From the NCBI GenBank assembly GCA_963693365.1, contig CAVNZM010000069.1, positions 1 through 15,427 of the forward strand: a stretch of 15,427 nucleotides of DNA. The letters are read 5' to 3'. Under the pieces are notes generated by a model. The model did not search any database, had not been told where the DNA came from, and was given only the letters and a program-made list of their open reading frames with translations. Source of the stretch: Amoebidium appalachense (Eukaryota > Protista > Ichthyosporea). A program made the position numbers and the translations under genes. Position 1 is the stretch's first letter, and each line of letters begins with the position of its first letter. Shown here piece by piece: positions 9,390 to 15,427 of the stretch.

Positions 9390-9826
9390 ATAGAACTACG
9401 TGGGATTGAACAATTTAGCCTGAAATCAAAGGAGATAAAAATTTATTAATAGGATCTTCAAAGAGTACACCTGTTACTCCTATCATTTATAGCTGGAATC
9501 TAGGCTGAAGATATAGTTCATAATATTAATAATAACATATAAATTAAGCATAGAGAGAGGGTACATAATACCGATTAGTATACAAAATACAATAAAATCT
9601 TATATGAGACTGTTTATGGATTAATTGAAGATAACATCGGAGAACAAATAAATGCTTATTCTTTAGTTATCTTTATTTTATTCCAATATATAATCATTTT
9701 AACCTTTATAAGAATAGTTTTTATGGATTTAATGCTACTGCTCACATTAGTGTGACTTTATTATTTGGAATTTGATTCAGAGTTACCTTACGGGATCTTA
9801 ATCTCTTAAACCTATTCATATCATAA
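9390..9826 (+). pseudogene. atp6: ATP synthase subunit a (atp6), 5' half, frameshifted pseudogene
   Basis: Colinear motifs across frameshifts: GIEQF (cf. SPLEQF, EQF at 9408), FIILIITYKLSIERGYIIPISIQ (cf. GKLIPNRWQ), ILYETVYGLIEDNIGEQINAYSLVIFILFQYII (cf. IYEFV..LV.EQIG...YFPLIF.LF.FI), and YGFNATAHISVTLLFGIW from 9722 (cf. PYSFTVTSH..VT). Confidence 0.87.
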
Positions 9827-11880
9827 ATAGCTCTAATCTCTCTGACTTCTTTAGTTTTAATGAAAAATTAAAAAGAGTTTGAAAATAGGTGGATCAATTG
9901 GCAAAAGACAAATGGAGGAAGCATTTGAGTATCTTTTCTTGGGTGGATTAGAATGGAGCAAAAGGAAAGAGATGATTTATTGATTAGAGAAAATATATTA
10001 TATGCAAATTATAGTTTGGAGGGAGAATTGTTATGTAGGAAATGATTTGTAGAGATCATCTTCATCTAACCTTCGAAACAAAATATACAAAATTCTATCG
10101 GTAATAACCAAGAATTTTTATTCTCTATCTTTACTACAAGTATTCCACTTTTATAATCCGAATAAAATTATTACACTCTCACTTGTATCAAGGCTAGGTA
10201 CCCAAGAACACCACTGATTATTGTACAATCCTATTTTATTTATTCACTTATATTATGTCCTCATCTCTGATCCCAATTGAGACATATACCCATGTCAGAC
10301 TCAAGAATGAATCACCCTAGGTTTAATGTTAATATGCTTATATTTCTTCAATAATCAACTCTAATTATAGAGGAACTACTAAAGAATTACTGGCTTAAAG
10401 CTACTACTCAGCCTACTTGAAAAGAAAATAGATAATGTTACCTGACTATAGGCTGAGATTGTCTTAAGTGGCGAAAATTTAAAAAATCGGACTAAGAAAT
10501 AACTTATCCAAATGAGGACAAATCTATTCATTTCAATGAGTGATAGACAAAATTCTCATATCAATATACTTAAATTTCCTTTATAATTAACTCTAATTTT
10601 AGAGAAACTATTATAGAATTATTGATGTAAAAGGTAGTAACCCCCCTTTATTCCAAGAAAAATTGACCATGTTCGCATGTCAATATGCTTAGGTTTATTT
10701 TAAAACCTACTTTAATTTAAAGAGGAATTATTAAAGAACTATCTACATAAAAGGTAGCATTCTCCTCTTTTACAAGATAAAATAGATAATATTATCGTGG
10801 CTATATGTTCAGATTCATTTAAAAAATGTTTGTGATAACCATTAAATAAATCCATCTTTAATCGTTGTTACAAAAATCCTTTAATAAGTTACCTCAGATA
10901 ACCATTGATTAAATCCCCTTTAATAACCAGGATAAAAATTATATTAAATCTAATATATGAGACATGCCATGATTTAACAATTCAAACAGATAAGACTAGC
11001 TAAATTCTTCTTACTCAGATAAACAATTGGGGTTTAAATTTTAAAGAAACAGTAATTGTTATGAAACAGTTCAAGTTTGTCTCAATCATAAAACAACAGG
11101 GACTTTTTAATTTAGAGACCCAGTGATAGTTATGAAACATCTCAAAATCTCAAATTTAGATAGTTGGCGCTTAAACCAATAGAGAACCAATAATAACAAT
11201 GAGACAGCTCAAAAAATTCGCGATTTCAACTAATCCACTTATTTTCAATGCCTATATAAGACACTATTTTCATAGGCAAGATATACCTTACTCCTCCCTC
11301 CTCCTAAAGTTAAGATATTATTAGTGTCGAGTGCCTGTGAAAATATTTCATCTATGCCTTGATGCATTAATATCTACCCACTGGTATTAGAGTATGAGTA
11401 CCCAATGAGCAACGGCTCATCAAAGACTCTTGAAATCTTCAGATTACAAAACATATAAATTTTTCTTTGCAAGAAGATTCCTCAGAAACTCTAAATATAA
11501 TCTATATACTAGAATTATCTCCGGAATACAATCCATTGTTATTAGAGCAATGATACCCTGAATACCATTGTAATTTTCCTTGCTCTTCTAATTTATTCAT
11601 CGAGTACAACATTGTCTTAAAAGTTACTTTTAACTTCTCGATCAAAAACTTGTTTGTATTCTGTGCAATCTTTCTGTATCCGGAATATATATATATATAA
11701 ATATTGCATACTAAAATAAAATACACCTCTCCATTACGTTATAAATGAAACTATGATAGTATTTTATGATTTTAGATAAGTATCCTGGTCAAGACTTGGT
11801 TCTGAGTTGTTTCATTAAGCGAACACTCCTCCGATAATTATTCATAAATAGATAGTAAATTATTATTTCATAAGCTTTGC

Positions 11881-12066
11881 GCCATTTATCTTAAACCAGC
11901 TATATATATTTGCCTTGGTAAGTCATTACCTCATCAACTAGTTAATACAAAATAGGCTTATTTATTTTTTGTTATTAATGTAACACAAAATATATTCCAA
12001 TATCTTACTCTACCCCTTTCGCTCTATTTTACATAAATAAAGCACTTCTCAGCAATTAAACCTTAC
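11881..12066 (-). pseudogene. rns: SSU rRNA 5' fragment (mirror copy)
   Basis: Reverse complement of 2770..2955. Confidence 0.85.
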
Positions 12067-12225
12067 AATTTATTATCGTAAATCTAGGACTTTCTTTCTT
12101 ATTGATCATGCATAATGATGTGTATTTCTAATAAGTTTTCAGAAATCCCAAATAGATATGATATTGTACTACTCCATAGAATTACTGTTCTAATATTCAA
12201 TTATTATTACTAAATAACGGAATAT

Positions 12226-13006
12226 TGCTTAGGTTCAATTTTACTCTGAACTAATCGAATAGTTACGACACTTTAAACCTTTCGTGCTAAAAATTTTTTT
12301 ATTCTCTTATCATAATACAACAACTAGTTCATGAAGTAATTGCATTTACACCATTCAACATAGAATTTTTTAATAACATTTATACATTATATAATCTAGA
12401 TATTAATCAATAAACTTCTCAAATAAAAAGGTTATTTTACTTATAAATAAATAATTTTCATTAAATCTCTATTTTACAATTATAAAATCAACATTCAGCC
12501 TTCACTGTATGTACTAATGCTGCTATAGAAGCAAAATTGGTTCTAGATTTGACGAGACTTCCTTTTACTTTTTTATTCCTATAGCTTCGACACTTTATTA
12601 ACCATGTTTTACGGCAAATCAGCTAGTAAGAAATATAATTATCTTCTAAGTGCTAATGTAGTTTAATCTTCCATTTGATATTACTCAAATATCCATTTGA
12701 ATATGCTTAAATAATTCTGTTTCGGTCTGATAATATAATACGAACTTTAAGTAACTTCGGTTACATTTCTCTAACTAACCTCACTAATACGATATAACTT
12801 AGAGCCGTATGCAAAAAAATACGTAGTCATCCTTATTGAACTACTACTAATATTAAGCTTTGAACTTTAGTCCTATTAAATTATTGAAGGAATCCTTTTA
12901 ATCCTTTCGCTCATGCTACTTTATTATTCATTTGTTTCTAACGATTCGTATACTTTTAAAAATCCTCTTCTTAATTAGCGTTAATAACACAACTCTATCC
13001 TCGTGC
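12226..13006 (-). pseudogene. rnl: LSU rRNA fragment (mirror copy)
   Basis: Reverse complement of 1830..2610. Confidence 0.8.
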
Positions 13007-13304
13007 ATCAGAAGAAAGCTTTCTTCTTTAAAGAATTCAGCTACTGGTTATCTTGAGATACTAACCTAGAGATTACGTCATGTACTATACTTCCTCTTAC
13101 GAATCTGCAGTACACGGTATTAATTGGTACTAAAAAATAGTCTAATAAATATTATACCCTATTAAACTTACAGTCTATAATAATAATTATAGTACTATTA
13201 ATCTAAACTAGCTTAAGTTTAAGTTCACACTTAAGAACAGACTATCTCTTTAATACGGTTCTATTAAATAACCCAAAGAATTATTCCTCGGAGTTAATTG
13301 GTTC

Positions 13305-13442
13305 GATAATTGTAATCATCATTAGATCTCTATTTTTATCATTATGAGATCAACATATAGTACTCAATATGAATACTAATACAGCTAAAACAATATAAAT
13401 TAGCCCTGGACTTGGACTTGGAGAAATTATTTGGTATGAACC
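13305..13442 (-). pseudogene. cox3: cox3 N-terminal remnant (mirror copy)
   Basis: Reverse complement of 1394..1531. Confidence 0.65.
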
Positions 13443-14023
13443 GCTTATGAATGTGTACTACTATCAAGAGTGGTAACTGTCCTAATAAGATTATACATAG
13501 GATCTCAGAGTGCTGTACTTGATACTAGCAATTCAGTAGGAATTGATACAGAGAAAGTTGTTACTAATAATCATTCAAGGCACGGGCTATTATATACATC
13601 ATTTTTTTTATACCTCTCTATGATGGATCGAAATAAGCATCTTAATGATGATGCCATCTATATTATTTCATATTAAGGGAGTAATTACAGTACTCTAAGA
13701 ATTATAGTGCCAATTAGTATCTCTTAAGAAACTTCTTACTAAGAGAATAATCTTATGCCCTTATCGTCATGATACGACAAGCTCATGGAGTACTAGCATC
13801 TACTCTTTAAATTTATGCTTTCCTATTCTTAGAGTACTTTTTCCTTTATTACATTGAAATTCCCTTTAATATCTTTATTAAATCCCTAAATTGGAGCCCC
13901 GCAAAAGTTTCGTAGATTTCCGTAGGTACCCCATTTCTGCTCTGCTAAAACTCCGATTTTCAGATTTGTCACTTCTATATACGGAATTTAAAATTTTGAG
14001 ACCTACATTTTTGGGATCCTGCA

Positions 14024-14429
14024 AACCACCCGATCAGACTTTCAACTTGCCTCTGGTAATTCACCCAATCCGATTCTGGACTCGCCTCTCGTAATTCACC
14101 ATATCTTACTCTGAGCTCAGACTTTCGACTCGCCTCTGGTAATTCACCCAATCAGATTCTTGACTCGCCTCTCGTAATTCACCATATCTTACTCTGAGCT
14201 CAGACTTTCGACTCGCCTCTGATAAAGTCTTAGTAGAATCTTATCGCTAATAAACATTCTTATGCTCTTATCATCAGACTTTCGACTCGTCTCTCGTAAT
14301 TCACCCAATCATACTCTCGCCTCTGGTAGTTCACCCAATCAGACTTTCGACTCACCTCTGGTAGTTCACCCAATCAGACTCTTGCCTTGCCTATGGTAGT
14401 TCACCCAATCAGACTTTCGACTCGCCTCT
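14024..14429. repeat. 35-bp tandem array (mirror copy)
   Basis: Reverse complement of 407..812. Confidence 0.95.
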
Positions 14430-14599
14430 GGGTCTGGACTTTCCAGCTTGGGACCTTCAGTTTTTGGAAAATAGGCTTCTCACCCTATTCCATATTTTCT
14501 ATTTCCTACTATTGAAGGATTTAATTCAACTTCTAACTTGCTAGGATTAGAGTAATTTCTTCCTTTCTTCCATTTAAGATTTTTAATTTATTAAAACTC

Positions 14600-15350
14600 A
14601 GAGTACCAGAATCGTCACTTCAGTATCCGGAATTATGAAAATTGAGATCTCCACTTATTTGGGCTTCGGCAATTCACCCTTATTTTACATTATAAATATA
14701 TTAATTACAATTAAAGAATCTTATTGATTTCATAAAATGGAGCACCGCGAAAGTTCCGTAGGCTTCCGTAGGTACCCATTCCCTCATATGCTAAACCTCC
14801 AATTTCAGAATAGTCACTTCTGTATTCTGAATTAAAACCAATTTACCCTTATTTCCCTTATAACTCGGTTAATAATAATTTAAGAATCTTATAATGGAGC
14901 ACCGCGAAAGTTCCGTAGGCTTCCGGAGGTACCCTAATTCTAATCTGTTAAAATGTCAATTTTCCAGATCGTCACTCCCGAAATTTGACATTTTACCATC
15001 TTCTGTACCTCGAAATTTAAAACTATTTACACTTATTTCCCTTATAAATCGGTTAATAACAATTTAAGATTCTTTAATAAGGAGCACCGCGAAAGTTCCG
15101 TAGGCTTCCGTAGGTACCATAATCCCTAATTGGTTTAAACTCAGGTTACCAGGTTAGTCACGCCCGTATCCAGAATTTAAAACCAATTCACCCTTATTTT
15201 TCCTTATAAATATGTTAATTGCAATTTAAGATTACGATAAAACCTAATTATGATATGCTATAATTTCAAATTTCCAGATTGTCACTCCCGAAATTGACAT
15301 TTTGACATCTTCTGTATTTAGGATTTTTATTTTCATCTTATATCGTGACA
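14600..15350. repeat. Subtelomeric array of degenerate ~160-190-bp modular units (partial mirror 1..236)
   Basis: Recurrent boxes in fixed order: gtcac-box (near 14613, 14813, 14971, 15157, 15281), aattYacccttatt-box (14671, 14840, 15185, variant near 15026), aatttaaga, then the 38-bp motif. Confidence 0.88.
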
Positions 15351-15371
15351 CAAGCTTCAAGTAAGAGTAGA

Positions 15372-15415
15372 GGAGGAGGGGGCGAGATGAAATAACTAGA
15401 CTGGGCCCCCCGAAC
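15372..15415. repeat. Terminal inverted repeat / telomere, end B
   Basis: ggaggagggggcgagatgaaataactagactgggccccccgaac. Weaker similarity to end A continues inward (gtaagagtagagg, catcttatatcgtgaca, tctgtatttaggattt). Confidence 0.93.
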
Positions 15416-15416
15416 C

Positions 15417-15427
15417 AGCAATACGTA
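15417..15427 (+). other. Untrimmed Oxford Nanopore ligation adapter remnant (technical sequence)
   Basis: AGCAATACGTA is the start of the reverse complement of the ONT adapter end (...CAGTTACGTATTGCT). It lies at the extreme end of the sequence, exactly where similarity to the other terminus stops. Confidence 0.9.

Larger units (their letters stand above)
1..14835. repeat. Giant near-perfect palindrome (about 7.4-kb arms), axis between 7417 and 7418
   Basis: Every supplied ORF has an identical mirror with coordinates summing to 14836. Base 1 (ttaattcagaataca) pairs with 14835. The centre reads gactgggcccccgaact|agttcggggggcccagtc with no spacer. Differences seen: C5/G6 (7408-7412 vs 7423-7428), A7/T8 (5899-5905 vs 8931-8938), G7/C6 (4190-4196 vs 10641-10646). 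Not checked base by base. Confidence 0.99.
7418..15416. other. Complete ~8.0-kb linear (mitochondrial-type) minichromosome, the non-redundant unit
   Basis: Bounded by a 44-bp perfect TIR and shared subterminal motifs. The right end abuts an adapter-like sequence. It contains mitochondrial gene fragments with TGA at Trp positions. Confidence 0.82.

Noticed and set aside
9861-10052. Code-4 frame with MEEAFEYLFLGGL resembling Nad2 EAGLKYF.LG as a second nad2 exon
   Set aside because: The flanks are not Nad2-like, the intervening DNA contains atp6 rather than intron structure, and nad2 similarity seems to continue directly after 8357.
1-14835. Real genomic duplication giving two copies of every feature in a 15-kb chromosome
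   Set aside because: Near-identity of decayed sequence apart from homopolymers, with the axis at the telomere tip, is better explained by reading both strands of one 8-kb molecule or a transient dimer.
7418-15416. Autonomous linear plasmid, invertron or virus
   Set aside because: No long ORF was found in the standard code or code 4: no DNA polymerase B, RNA polymerase, reverse transcriptase, protelomerase or capsid. No tRNA was recognised either.

Overview
This window is not ordinary chromosomal DNA. It is a giant fold-back: 1..7417 is the reverse complement of 7418..14835, with the axis at GAACT|AGTTC, and the only differences I found are three homopolymer lengths. The non-redundant unit is 7418..15416 (about 8.0 kb). 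It is bounded by a perfect 44-bp GC-rich terminal inverted repeat and followed by 11 nt matching the Oxford Nanopore ligation adapter, so it looks like a complete linear molecule read end to end and around one terminus (a hairpin telomere, a head-to-head dimer, or a nanopore fold-back artefact). The AT-rich unit reads as mitochondrial (TGA=Trp), but I found no intact gene. It is a mosaic of decayed fragments of nad2, atp6, cox3, rnl, rns and probably cox1, all pointing inward from the nearer end. Each end carries the same 38-bp motif and leader cassette, and there are several tandem-repeat families. Best interpretation (inference): one chromosome of a multipartite linear mitochondrial genome, for which the ichthyosporean Amoebidium is the closest precedent I know, that has become a gene graveyard kept by its cis elements. 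All homology calls were made by eye against remembered consensus motifs, not by database search.
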